DNA from: Candidatus Thorarchaeota archaeon SMTZ1-45
GTDB taxonomy: Archaea > Asgardarchaeota > Thorarchaeia > Thorarchaeales > Thorarchaeaceae
NCBI GenBank assembly: GCA_001563335.1
Contig: LRSL01000013.1
Span: forward strand, 1 to 64,000
Direction of reading: 5' to 3'
Length of the DNA stretch: 64,000 bases
This document shows positions 9,248-18,327 of this stretch, piece after piece (the stretch's first letter is position 1; every line of letters begins with the position of its first letter). Under the pieces are notes generated by a model. It saw nothing but the letters and a program-made list of their open reading frames with translations. It did no database searches and was not told the DNA's origin. The position numbers were made by a program, and so were the translations under genes.

Positions 9248-9955
9248 TTATGTTGAAATAAGAATTGCTCCTTTCTTAACCAAAAGTGCTAATACAATGT
9301 GAATGTCTTTTTCTGGCAGACTCGCAAAGTCCTCTTTGACTTCCTGTATAACTATTGACTTTACATCAAGTCTAAGTTTTCCTTTCTTGAGTGCCCACTG
9401 ATACAGAATATCTGCCCAATCCTCAAGAGGTCGCCAATAGACTCTCAATTGTCGTTTTTTCTTGTCTATCCACTCAGCAACTTGCTTGTCTATTAATACT
9501 GCAGCAATCGCATTGAAGGAGTCTACCTTATTCCTCAAATCCTTGAATGGTGGCTCACCTATGAAGGTAGCAAGTGAGAGAATATGCACATTATTCCCCT
9601 CTGTCCACTCTAATAGAAAATCTGCCCATTCCTCAGCCCAAAGTAATTTATCCTCTTCTCTTGTAGGAATACCATACATCCATTCAGTTTCTTCAATATC
9701 TCCCCAGTCAGGCATAATGAAATCAAGTTCCGTCACTACAGTTTTGGTAGCTGTTTCATCAACAACCTCAATTTTTACCTCAGGTTCTTCAGTTTCAGTT
9801 GGTTCTGAAATCTCTACGACAACCTCGGGGGAATGAACCTCCTCCTCTATGATAATCTCATCAACAGAAGGAGCTGACTCGACTTTTTCTTTTTCAACAG
9901 TTGAGGTTGTTTCCTTCGTTTTGGTCTTTTCCTTTTTCCTCTCCCGCACGCCCAC
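9248..9955 (-). CDS. vps25: ESCRT-II Vps25-like protein with an acidic N-terminal extension
   Basis: WAEEWADFLLEW...AEWIDKKKRQLRVYWRPLEDWADILYQW is the Vps25 signature (AEW.D......YWR.PEEWA.LIY.W); directly downstream of vps4 (3-bp gap). Confidence 0.85.
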   Translation of the reverse strand: MGVRERKKEKTKTKETTSTVEKEKVESAPSVDEIIIEEEVHSPEVVVEISEPTETEEPEVKIEVVDETATKTVVTELDFIMPDWGDIEETEWMYGIPTREEDKLLWAEEWADFLLEWTEGNNVHILSLATFIGEPPFKDLRNKVDSFNAIAAVLIDKQVAEWIDKKKRQLRVYWRPLEDWADILYQWALKKGKLRLDVKSIVIQEVKEDFASLPEKDIHIVLALLVKKGAILIST

Positions 9956-9958
9956 TCT

Positions 9959-11176
9959 TTAGGAACCCTCCGCCCAGTCAATGTATCTCTTGACATCCTC
10001 TGGGGGAGTTGCTGGGCGGATGTTTTCTATAGCATGCAGGAAATCATCCCGTGACACGGGGCGGATGTCCAATATCTCCTGCTCATCATCCATTCTACCA
10101 GTACGCTGCAAATCCCTAATTGGTTCCATGGCTGCCTCACGACAGACAACACTAATGTCTCTTCCACTATATCCCTCTGTAAGATCTGCCAGCTCGTCAT
10201 ATTCAACAGTTGGTGAAACCTCAACATCTTCCATATGAATCTCGAAAATCTTTGCTCGTGCCTCTCTATCTGGGAGTGGAACATGTATCTTCTTCTCAAA
10301 CCTGGAACGTAATGCGAAATCCAATTCCCATGGGAGATTCGTTGCTCCGATGAGTGTTATGCGATCTTCCTCATCGCTGGCAAGACCTTGAAGCTCTGTG
10401 AGTAACTGTGTCTTAAGACGTCTCTCGCCTCCCACATCATCACCTGACCTAGAAACACCAATTGAATCTAGCTCATCGATGAAGATTATCGCTGGTTGAT
10501 TTTTTCTTGCTAAATCAAATAAGCTCATCACAAGCCTCTCCGATTCACCCAGCCACTTGCTTACAATATTCGCAGCTGAAACATTGAAGAATGTTGCATT
10601 AACCTCCGATGCTACAGCTTTAGCAACAAGTGTTTTTCCACAACCTGCAGGTCCATAGAACAAAATCCCTCGCCATGGTTGTCTAGCTTTCCCCTTGAAG
10701 AGCTCAGGATGTTTCATGGGCGCAATTATTGCATCATCAATTGCTTGTTTTGCATCTGCAAGACCTGCAACCTCCGACATCTTCATTCTTGGACGTTCTG
10801 ATATGATGGTGTCAGAGATCATTTCTCTGAGTCTCTTCTCCTCCTCATCTAGCTCTGCTACTGCCTTTGAAGTTTCTTGGATTGGTACTTGCTCTGCAGG
10901 ACCAACATCAACCTTTGGAGGAACCATAAGACCATCAACTGGTCCATGGGATTTTTTCTTTATTCCAGAAAGATACCTTACCCTATCTACACATTCTTGA
11001 GCTCGGTCAAGATAGTGCTTTTTGACAGAAGGCAATGCCGCAGAGTTTGATAACTTGATCAGAATCTTACTTGCCTTGAGATACTCCTGACAAGCGTCTT
11101 TCTTCATACCTCTATTATCAAGTTCTATTGCTTTGGCAAGCAAAGCCTTTAGTCCATGGTCAACTCGATCCGCCAT
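9959..11176 (-). CDS. vps4: Vps4 AAA+ ATPase with N-terminal MIT domain
   Basis: MIT (KAIELD...ACQEYLKA...YLDRAQ); EVAGLADAKQAI; PWRGILFYGPAGCGKT; SKWLGESERLV; IIFIDELD; ERRLKTQLL; GATNLPWELD. Confidence 0.95.
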   Translation of the reverse strand: MADRVDHGLKALLAKAIELDNRGMKKDACQEYLKASKILIKLSNSAALPSVKKHYLDRAQECVDRVRYLSGIKKKSHGPVDGLMVPPKVDVGPAEQVPIQETSKAVAELDEEEKRLREMISDTIISERPRMKMSEVAGLADAKQAIDDAIIAPMKHPELFKGKARQPWRGILFYGPAGCGKTLVAKAVASEVNATFFNVSAANIVSKWLGESERLVMSLFDLARKNQPAIIFIDELDSIGVSRSGDDVGGERRLKTQLLTELQGLASDEEDRITLIGATNLPWELDFALRSRFEKKIHVPLPDREARAKIFEIHMEDVEVSPTVEYDELADLTEGYSGRDISVVCREAAMEPIRDLQRTGRMDDEQEILDIRPVSRDDFLHAIENIRPATPPEDVKRYIDWAEGS

Positions 11177-11179
11177 GTA

Positions 11180-11273
11180 TGTTCATGTGAACACTATTTG
11201 TAAGGTGTTAAGAATTTCTGTCACACCCAGTACATACATACGCAATATTATTTGCGAACTGCGAAGGTTTAAA
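11180..11273. promoter_or_regulatory. Divergent vps4/ESCRT-III promoter region with two inverted repeats and a BRE-TATA
   Basis: tgttca-tg-tgaaca at 11180-11193; cgcaa-tattat-ttgcg at 11241-11256; gcgaagg+tttaaa at 11261-11273. Confidence 0.45.
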
Positions 11274-11318
11274 CGCGAACTTCTCATGAATGATTTGAGG
11301 TTACACTCCTAGAATTAG

Positions 11319-11936
11319 GTGAGATATTTGGGTTCAATTAGAAAGGCATTCTCCTGGGGTAGAAAGAAACCGGACATTGGTGAAATATCCAGCCGCCTCA
11401 GGATATTGTCAAAACAATTAGCGCGCCAAAGGAACAAGTTGGAGAAGGAAGAACGTGATGCAAAATCTCGTGCTGTCCGAGCAAGAAAGGCTAGTCAGAT
11501 GGAAGCATATCGAACATATGCTACTGAGATGGTGCGATTTCGAAGATATGCTCTTTCCGTTGATAAGTCACGGCTTCAGATTCTAAAGATTCTAGCTCAT
11601 CTAAATCGTGCTCAAACTTCTGCAAAGACACAGATCGCCCTTCAAGAGGTTGCAAAGATACTTGGAATGCTCGGAGATGGCACGGATGCTTCGAAAGTTG
11701 TTGCTAATGTTGATGAGATTGCTCGACGCCTTGAGGAGTTCGAGATTGAAGCTAGCATCTCTGACGAAGCACTTGATTCAACTATGGAAGTGACGTCTGA
11801 AGACATGACCTTCGCCTTTCAAGAAATTGATGCTGAGGCTGGACTCGCTGATGCATCTACAGCTGCGAAACCTATAGGTGAAGCTGAGTCTTTGGAGGAA
11901 GACATCAAAGCATTAGAACGTGAACTTGGTGTATAA
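11319..11936 (+). CDS. ESCRT-III (Snf7 family, Vps2/24/46-like) subunit
   Basis: Basic N-terminal hairpin (LRILSKQLARQRNKLEKEE...AYRTYATEMVRFRR), acidic C-terminus with MIM1-like end ESLEEDIKALERELGV; divergent from vps4. Confidence 0.88.
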   Translation: MRYLGSIRKAFSWGRKKPDIGEISSRLRILSKQLARQRNKLEKEERDAKSRAVRARKASQMEAYRTYATEMVRFRRYALSVDKSRLQILKILAHLNRAQTSAKTQIALQEVAKILGMLGDGTDASKVVANVDEIARRLEEFEIEASISDEALDSTMEVTSEDMTFAFQEIDAEAGLADASTAAKPIGEAESLEEDIKALERELGV

Positions 11937-11938
11937 TA

Positions 11939-13516
11939 CTACCAGAGCTTGTCACGAGTATCTCTTGTGACGCGTTCAATCTCGCGTCTGTTATGATACG
12001 AGTCTCTCATAAGGTCTCTATATCTTCTGATGAAATCTTCAGTAACAAGCTGCCCACTTCGCAACATATGGACTGTATCCCGAATTGCATCTTCAATGGA
12101 TGCAGCGTCTCTTCGCAATGAATGTAATCTAGGACTCACATCATAGGTCGGATGCGGATTTTGTGTCTGATCGTATCGTTTCATGACCCTGTCTAATTCA
12201 TCACGAAATGATTCAGGTTTCCTGTAATAGCTATCATAAGGACTTCTTCGAACAGGTGTTGACCCCCAACCCCCAACCTGCTGTTTGAAACCAGGTCTCA
12301 TCAGAAACCGTTCTTCCTCATATTGTACTCTATCATTAGTTGAAAGTAATGAATATACCATCCCCTCAATCTTGAGTCTTACATCGCTAGTGCCAACATC
12401 TGTCTGTTCTATTTTCCTAACCCTTTGCATGTCTGTCTGTATATACTTCTCAAACTTTCTAGCAATCTCAATATAATCCGGTAGAACTCTCTTTGTTTGG
12501 TCTGAACAGGTCGCTTTGATTTCACCCTGTTTTAGTTTCAGAACTACACGTTTTCTGAGTCGTCCATCTTCTTCAATGGACTTTAGGTAAATCAATGGAA
12601 AATCAAAGATTGTTTCCATCTTCTTTCTTACTCGTCCAGTTTCTGCAATGAAAAGAAGTCTCTTGTTAGTGATAAAGAGTGTTCCCAATGCTTTATCATT
12701 CTTGAGAAAGTCACTCCCCGCGATCTTGATTTCAGGAAGTGCACAGACTGGAAGCTCTCCGACAGACAACTGGCCATGCTCATAGAATGTTGCGAATTGT
12801 CCTTTATAGTAGTCGAGTCCATCAAGTTGTCTTCTAATGTCCTTTAATGTGTTCTTGAGTGGTTCAAGTGCTTCATCAACATTTTGTCTATAATAGATAC
12901 CCATCTCAGTGATTCTGTTAGTTATACCCTCAATGAATGGGAATTGCGTTGGATTCCATTGAGTATAGTCTATGAAATTCTTAGTTTCCGCAGCCATCCT
13001 CTTTGCAATGATTTCAGCTTGGCTAGAGATTCTATTCTTAATAGCTGGAAGTTCGTTCTGAATAGCTTCAATCTTTTCCTCTATCCATCTGTAATGGAGA
13101 AAGTTAGCCATCCTAAGTGACACGAGTAATCTTTTCGCATTCGCTAACTTATTGGTGAACTCTCTGAGCTTTGTATGACCATATTGAATGGTCATTATTG
13201 CATGTCTCATATCTAAAGCTAGCGACCTTCTTCGATCTTCTAGAAGTACGACTCTAGTAGAGTGGCATCTAGGACAGATATCAACAGTCTTTCTTCCCTT
13301 ACTCAGATTTTCCGACTCACATTGTGGACACTCTTCGAATTTTTCCCCTGGGACAGGAGTGCCAAGGGTGTGATGACAATCACTACAGACGGTGTATTCA
13401 CTTGACCTCGATTCAAGGCATTCAGAACACAGGGCCGCTCCACAATCCTCACACATGTGAGTCGCTCTGTTTGACTGGCAAGATTTACAGTGTCCAGATG
13501 AAGGATCTTTTATCAA
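11939..13516 (-). CDS. Zn-finger + coiled-coil + GRAM/PH-like + C-terminal Vps23/Vps37-like steadiness-box protein (putative ESCRT-I-related)
   Basis: CxxC pairs and a B-box-like CKSC..HMCEDC..LCSEC; ALGTLFITNKRLLFI...DFPLIYLKSIE (GRAM/GLUE-like); C-terminal IEDAIRDTVHMLRSGQLVTEDFIRRYRDLMRDSYHNRREIE. TTG start with an upstream GGAGGT. Confidence 0.65.
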   Translation of the reverse strand: MIKDPSSGHCKSCQSNRATHMCEDCGAALCSECLESRSSEYTVCSDCHHTLGTPVPGEKFEECPQCESENLSKGRKTVDICPRCHSTRVVLLEDRRRSLALDMRHAIMTIQYGHTKLREFTNKLANAKRLLVSLRMANFLHYRWIEEKIEAIQNELPAIKNRISSQAEIIAKRMAAETKNFIDYTQWNPTQFPFIEGITNRITEMGIYYRQNVDEALEPLKNTLKDIRRQLDGLDYYKGQFATFYEHGQLSVGELPVCALPEIKIAGSDFLKNDKALGTLFITNKRLLFIAETGRVRKKMETIFDFPLIYLKSIEEDGRLRKRVVLKLKQGEIKATCSDQTKRVLPDYIEIARKFEKYIQTDMQRVRKIEQTDVGTSDVRLKIEGMVYSLLSTNDRVQYEEERFLMRPGFKQQVGGWGSTPVRRSPYDSYYRKPESFRDELDRVMKRYDQTQNPHPTYDVSPRLHSLRRDAASIEDAIRDTVHMLRSGQLVTEDFIRRYRDLMRDSYHNRREIERVTRDTRDKLW

Positions 13517-13681
13517 GTGAGAACCTCCGGTAGTCTATTTACATCGAGGAGTTATCCAAGAATAACCCGTGTATTATTCTGGAAACATTGACGTATAGTT
13601 TACTGCGACTCAAAAGAATGTCCAAGCCATATCAGTTATATCCAGTTTCATAGGCTGGGGTTCAATTCAAAGGGGATATTC

Positions 13682-15067
13682 ATGGAAGAACTCGCTCAGG
13701 TGGCCATTGATGCAGCTCTAAATGCCGGTGTTATGTTTGCAGATGTACGGATAGAGAACTCCACCACAACAATCATTGAACTTAATGATGGCATTACAAG
13801 GCAATCTATGGCCTCTCGGATGAAAGGAGCTGGAATCCGAGCATTCATCGATGGTGCCTGGGCTTTTGCTCAAACAACAAATCTATCCCGAGAAGGTATG
13901 CGAGCAACAGGACGATCAGTAGCTAAGTTAGCTCGAGCCACTCGGGAGAAAGTTGCAGATCGATTTAAAATCGAAGGTCCTGTTTTTGAGGACAATGTTA
14001 AGCTGAACGTGAAGAAACCTTTCGATACTGTATCTATTGATGAGAAGATGCAATTTGTAAAACTGATTGACGATCAGGCACGCAACTTTGACAAGCGAAT
14101 TGTGGCAACTCGCACGATTTATGGTGAACTAACATCAGAGATTTTCATTGCAAACACGTTAGGAACTCGTGTTTATCTTCAAAATACTATCCCTCGTATA
14201 ATCTCAGTTCCCACTGCTAAGGAGGGTCCTAATAGACAACGGATTCAGCAGTCTATTAGCCTTCGAAGCGGATTCGAAGAGATGGAAACCGAAAATGCTC
14301 AAACAATTGGCATTCGAGCATCACAACTCGCAATCGAGCTATTATCCTCAAAGACAGCTGAGGGTGGAATCTACGATGTCGTTATAGACCCTGCACTGAA
14401 TGGTGTTGTTACCCACGAGGCTTTTGGTCATGCAACAGAAGCTGATAATTGGCCTGCTCACTCAACAGTTTTGGAGGAGAAATTAAATGAAACGGTGGGT
14501 CCAGAATATCTTAGTATAAGTGACGACCCAACCCTGACTGGGATGCGAGGGTCCACTGAATATGATTGGGAGGGTACTAAAACCAAGAAACGATTGCTCG
14601 TAAAAGATGGCATTTTGACAGACTTACTCCATAGTTTAGAAACATCAAGTCGTTTGGGACTAGAACCAAATGGTGCTGCAAGAGCTCAATCATTCATGCA
14701 TGTTCCCCTACCTCGTATGAGCAATACCTTCATGGAACCAAAAGACTGGGATGTAGATGAACTCATTGAGGACACGAAGAAAGGCATACTTCTTTGCAGT
14801 TTCAACTATGGCTATACACAATCTGCAAAAGGTCAATTCATGTTTCAAGCCAGTCATGGCTATCTAATTGAAAATGGTGAGAAAGGGACAATGGTGAGGG
14901 ATGTATCACTTGCAGGAAATATCCTTGAGATATTGGCAAAAGTCGATGCTATTGGAAAAGATTTCGAGTTAGAAGCAGGAACTTGTGGCAAAGATGGTCA
15001 AAGCATTCCCACTATGACTGGTGGTCCTCATGCAAGAATCAGACAGGTGCCAGTAGGAGGAATGTAA
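13682..15067 (+). CDS. tldD: TldD family metalloprotease
   Basis: GAGIRAFIDGAWAFA; HEAFGHATEAD (HExxxH); PRMSNTFMEP; CGKDGQ..P...GGPH. Confidence 0.93.
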   Translation: MEELAQVAIDAALNAGVMFADVRIENSTTTIIELNDGITRQSMASRMKGAGIRAFIDGAWAFAQTTNLSREGMRATGRSVAKLARATREKVADRFKIEGPVFEDNVKLNVKKPFDTVSIDEKMQFVKLIDDQARNFDKRIVATRTIYGELTSEIFIANTLGTRVYLQNTIPRIISVPTAKEGPNRQRIQQSISLRSGFEEMETENAQTIGIRASQLAIELLSSKTAEGGIYDVVIDPALNGVVTHEAFGHATEADNWPAHSTVLEEKLNETVGPEYLSISDDPTLTGMRGSTEYDWEGTKTKKRLLVKDGILTDLLHSLETSSRLGLEPNGAARAQSFMHVPLPRMSNTFMEPKDWDVDELIEDTKKGILLCSFNYGYTQSAKGQFMFQASHGYLIENGEKGTMVRDVSLAGNILEILAKVDAIGKDFELEAGTCGKDGQSIPTMTGGPHARIRQVPVGGM

Positions 15068-15068
15068 A

Positions 15069-16418
15069 CTGAATGAGAGTCTTCTTGAAACAGCTGAATA
15101 TGCTGTGAAACATGCTGAAAAGCTTGGAGCCTCTCAAGCTGAAGCTTATGTGGGACAGTCTCGTGCCTTTGCGATTGAAGCTGAGAACTCTGCAATCCGC
15201 AACGCTGAGGAGAAGCGTGATGCTGGTATTGGTGTTCGAGCTGTCATAGACAAGAGAATAGGCTTTGCTTTTGTAACAACATTATCCAAAAAAGATGTTC
15301 GTGAAGCTGTAACAAGTTCGGTGAAGCTTGCGAGAGCTTCAATTCCTGATCCAGAGTTCGTTAGTCTCCCAGCATCTGATGGATCCTATCCAATTGTGAA
15401 GGGTCTTTTTGATAAAAACATCGCAGAACTTCCTTCAGATGCTACTGCAGATATGATAATCAGAATTCTTGATGCTTCCAAGGAAGTCCTTGAAGGTCGA
15501 AACTACGCCATCTCTGCAGGAGTTCAGAGTTCATCTGGGATGAATGCAATTGTAAATTCATTAGGGATTTCCTTCTCTGAAAAACGATCATCCATCTTCT
15601 TATACTGCTCCCCTGTTGTTAAGGAAACTGATGACCAAACGACAAGTTACGATTATCAATTAACTCGGGACCTAACTGAAATTAATCCCGAGCAGGTGGG
15701 AAAGAATGCAGCTGAATTAACACTTAGTGTTCTTGGTCCTAAGACAATTGAGAGTGGTGAGATGCCTGTTGTTTTTGCTCCCTTGGGAGGAGGAACAGTC
15801 ATAGGATACGGATTTGCTGGTGCTGTTAGTGCAGAGGAGGTACAGAAAGGACGTTCGTATGTCACTGATGCTTTCGGAGATGTTATTGCATCAGATAATA
15901 TCGAGATATTTGATGATGCTCTATTGACAGGAGGGTTGGGATCCCGAACCTTTGATGCTGAAGGATTCCGCTCACAGCGGACCTCGATAATCGAAAAGGG
16001 TGTGCTTAAGGGATTTCTGCACAACTCCTATACTGCATACAAGGACAAAGTTCCAAATACCGGGAATGCAAGTAGACCCTCTTATTCAGGCCTTCCTTCA
16101 ATTTCAACATCGAATCTCATTTTATCTCCTGGACGGGGAACATTAGACGATTTAGTTTCAGAGATAGACCGAGGTGTTCTTTGTCGAAATACTGCAGATC
16201 GACCAAATATGACTACAGGCGATCTGAGTGCTATGTTGTACGAAGGTTTCTACATCGAAAGAGGTGAGATTAAACATCCACTCAAGAATACACTAGTAGG
16301 AATAAACATGCGTGATTTGTTACAACGGATTAACCAAGTTGGGAGTGACACTAAAGCCACGTTGGCAATGATAACTCCTTCATTTGTGGTTGAAAATGCT
16401 GTAGTTACTTCTGGATAG
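15069..16418 (+). CDS. pmbA: PmbA/TldE family protein (start probably CTG at 15069; the ORF track starts at 15105)
   Basis: GIGVRAVIDKRIGFA; FDAEG; TGNASR; follows tldD; AGGAGGA at 15055-15061 precedes an in-frame CTG. Confidence 0.88.
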   Translation: MNESLLETAEYAVKHAEKLGASQAEAYVGQSRAFAIEAENSAIRNAEEKRDAGIGVRAVIDKRIGFAFVTTLSKKDVREAVTSSVKLARASIPDPEFVSLPASDGSYPIVKGLFDKNIAELPSDATADMIIRILDASKEVLEGRNYAISAGVQSSSGMNAIVNSLGISFSEKRSSIFLYCSPVVKETDDQTTSYDYQLTRDLTEINPEQVGKNAAELTLSVLGPKTIESGEMPVVFAPLGGGTVIGYGFAGAVSAEEVQKGRSYVTDAFGDVIASDNIEIFDDALLTGGLGSRTFDAEGFRSQRTSIIEKGVLKGFLHNSYTAYKDKVPNTGNASRPSYSGLPSISTSNLILSPGRGTLDDLVSEIDRGVLCRNTADRPNMTTGDLSAMLYEGFYIERGEIKHPLKNTLVGINMRDLLQRINQVGSDTKATLAMITPSFVVENAVVTSG

Positions 16419-16419
16419 A

Positions 16420-18327
16420 TTACATGCGATTAACAACAGGAATACCAAGGACTGTCAAGCAATTAGCCATCGTAGTCTTGAACGCACGAACAAGTGCAAG
16501 TCTTGTGGAGCGAATTTCAGCATCAGCCTTGAGAACTGGGCACGAGTCATAGAATTTACTGAAAAGATTGGCAAGACCATACCCGTATGCAGTAATTCTG
16601 TTGGGTGTAAAACTTGTACCCCACACATTCTTCTTTAGAGACCTGGCGACCTCTAAGATTTCCTCCGGTAGCTGTGCTATTGCCTTAATCAAAGCAAACT
16701 CAACCTCTGTTGAGAGCAGTTTGAAATCTGGCTTCGATGCAGGCTCATCTCCTACTTTCTCTAGGATTCTTTGAGCCCTTGCATGTGAGTATTGGAGATA
16801 TGGAGCCGCATCGCCATTGAAATCGAGAGCCTCACTCCATCTAAAGGTGATTTTTCTGTCAGGTGAGGCATTCAACATGAAATAACGTACCGCACCCACA
16901 CCAACTTGGTTTGCTACTGTGTCCTTGAAAATAGTATCATCATCTGGATTTCTCTTTTCGACTTCAATCCTAGCTAATTCAGTTGCTCTATCTAACACAT
17001 CGTCAGTCGTATAACCAATCCAGGTTCCATGTCTACCTGAGAACTCAGTATCCTCAAGTGTCACAAACTCGTAAGCAATATGGTGTGAGTTTTTACTCTC
17101 CTTTGAGTATCCAAGAATGTCCAAGATGGTGTAAATCAATCTTTGAGGATGCGCTTGTTCAGAGCCTATAACATTCATCACAATATCGAACTTGCCTAAG
17201 TCCAGTTTCTTGCCCTTGAGATCAGTTCGCATCACTGGCTTACCATTTGGCTGATTCTCAAACAACGAATACTTGAATGGGTCTTCGATAATCCCAAATT
17301 TCCAAAGCTGGAGTGCAACATCCGCGCCTGTATATGTCCTTGTGCCATCAGACCTAAACAAAACTTTGTAGGGGTCTTTCATGTCCTTGAATTCATCAAT
17401 TACTGAAAGGTCTGCAACTATGCATCCCGCTTTCTCACCCTCGTCTAGTTTCAGAATATTATCTGACTTCAACATCATTTTCTGAGCCCACTCTAAAATA
17501 CCACTGTGAGCAATCGCACTCTCCCAAACTTGATAATCATGATAGATGCCAAGTCGATATGATGTTTCATTCTGGGCGTTTAGACATTTAGTCACCATTT
17601 TAGAACTCAGCTTTGCTTCTTTACTCTCAAGGTTCTCTAGTTTCCTTGAAACCTCTCTAACCTCTTCTTGGACTGATTCGTTTTCATCAAATGCTTTCTG
17701 TACATCAACATATTGGTGACCCAAATAGTGATCATACTTTGTGTCGCTCTTCTCCTCCTCTGCGTGCATAAGTTTCCAGATTAATTGAGCAATCTGAAGT
17801 CCTAGGTCATTCACATAGTCAAGTCTTACAGCATCATAACCTACCCAGTCAAGAATACTACATAGAGTGTCTCCGAGTATGGCGTTTCTTGCATGGCCAA
17901 TGTGCCATGGTTTGGAGGGGTTGACTGCAGGATATTCAATAAGTGCCCTTTGGCCCTTGAACTCCTGACTACGTCCATAGTTTCCTCCCAACTCAAGAAC
18001 ACTCTCTATGGTCATCTCAGCCAACATTCCATGATCCAAAAAGATGTTGATGTATGGTCCCTTTGTTATGATTTCCTTAATCATTGGCTCCCTAGCTGCC
18101 AAGGCTTCGAGTTTGTGCAGGTGCTCTTTAACAATGACTACTGGTTTCTTCATCATTTGCTTTGCAAGAGTGAATGAAATTGTTGATGCAAGATCTCCTA
18201 ATGCTGGATCTGGCGGTATTTCAATTGAATTTGCCACCATCCCCTCTGAAACTGAAAAAACCTCGGATAGCATTTTCACTACCAGCTCTCTAACAGTTTC
18301 CCAAGGGTTAATAGAAATCTCTTGCAA
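16420..18327 (-). CDS. argS: Arginyl-tRNA synthetase
   Basis: EYPAVNPSKPWHIGHARNAILGD (HIGH motif); RSDGTRTY; FSGRHG; PYLQYSHARA; LGIPVVNRM. Confidence 0.96.
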   Translation of the reverse strand: MQEISINPWETVRELVVKMLSEVFSVSEGMVANSIEIPPDPALGDLASTISFTLAKQMMKKPVVIVKEHLHKLEALAAREPMIKEIITKGPYINIFLDHGMLAEMTIESVLELGGNYGRSQEFKGQRALIEYPAVNPSKPWHIGHARNAILGDTLCSILDWVGYDAVRLDYVNDLGLQIAQLIWKLMHAEEEKSDTKYDHYLGHQYVDVQKAFDENESVQEEVREVSRKLENLESKEAKLSSKMVTKCLNAQNETSYRLGIYHDYQVWESAIAHSGILEWAQKMMLKSDNILKLDEGEKAGCIVADLSVIDEFKDMKDPYKVLFRSDGTRTYTGADVALQLWKFGIIEDPFKYSLFENQPNGKPVMRTDLKGKKLDLGKFDIVMNVIGSEQAHPQRLIYTILDILGYSKESKNSHHIAYEFVTLEDTEFSGRHGTWIGYTTDDVLDRATELARIEVEKRNPDDDTIFKDTVANQVGVGAVRYFMLNASPDRKITFRWSEALDFNGDAAPYLQYSHARAQRILEKVGDEPASKPDFKLLSTEVEFALIKAIAQLPEEILEVARSLKKNVWGTSFTPNRITAYGYGLANLFSKFYDSCPVLKADAEIRSTRLALVRAFKTTMANCLTVLGIPVVNRM

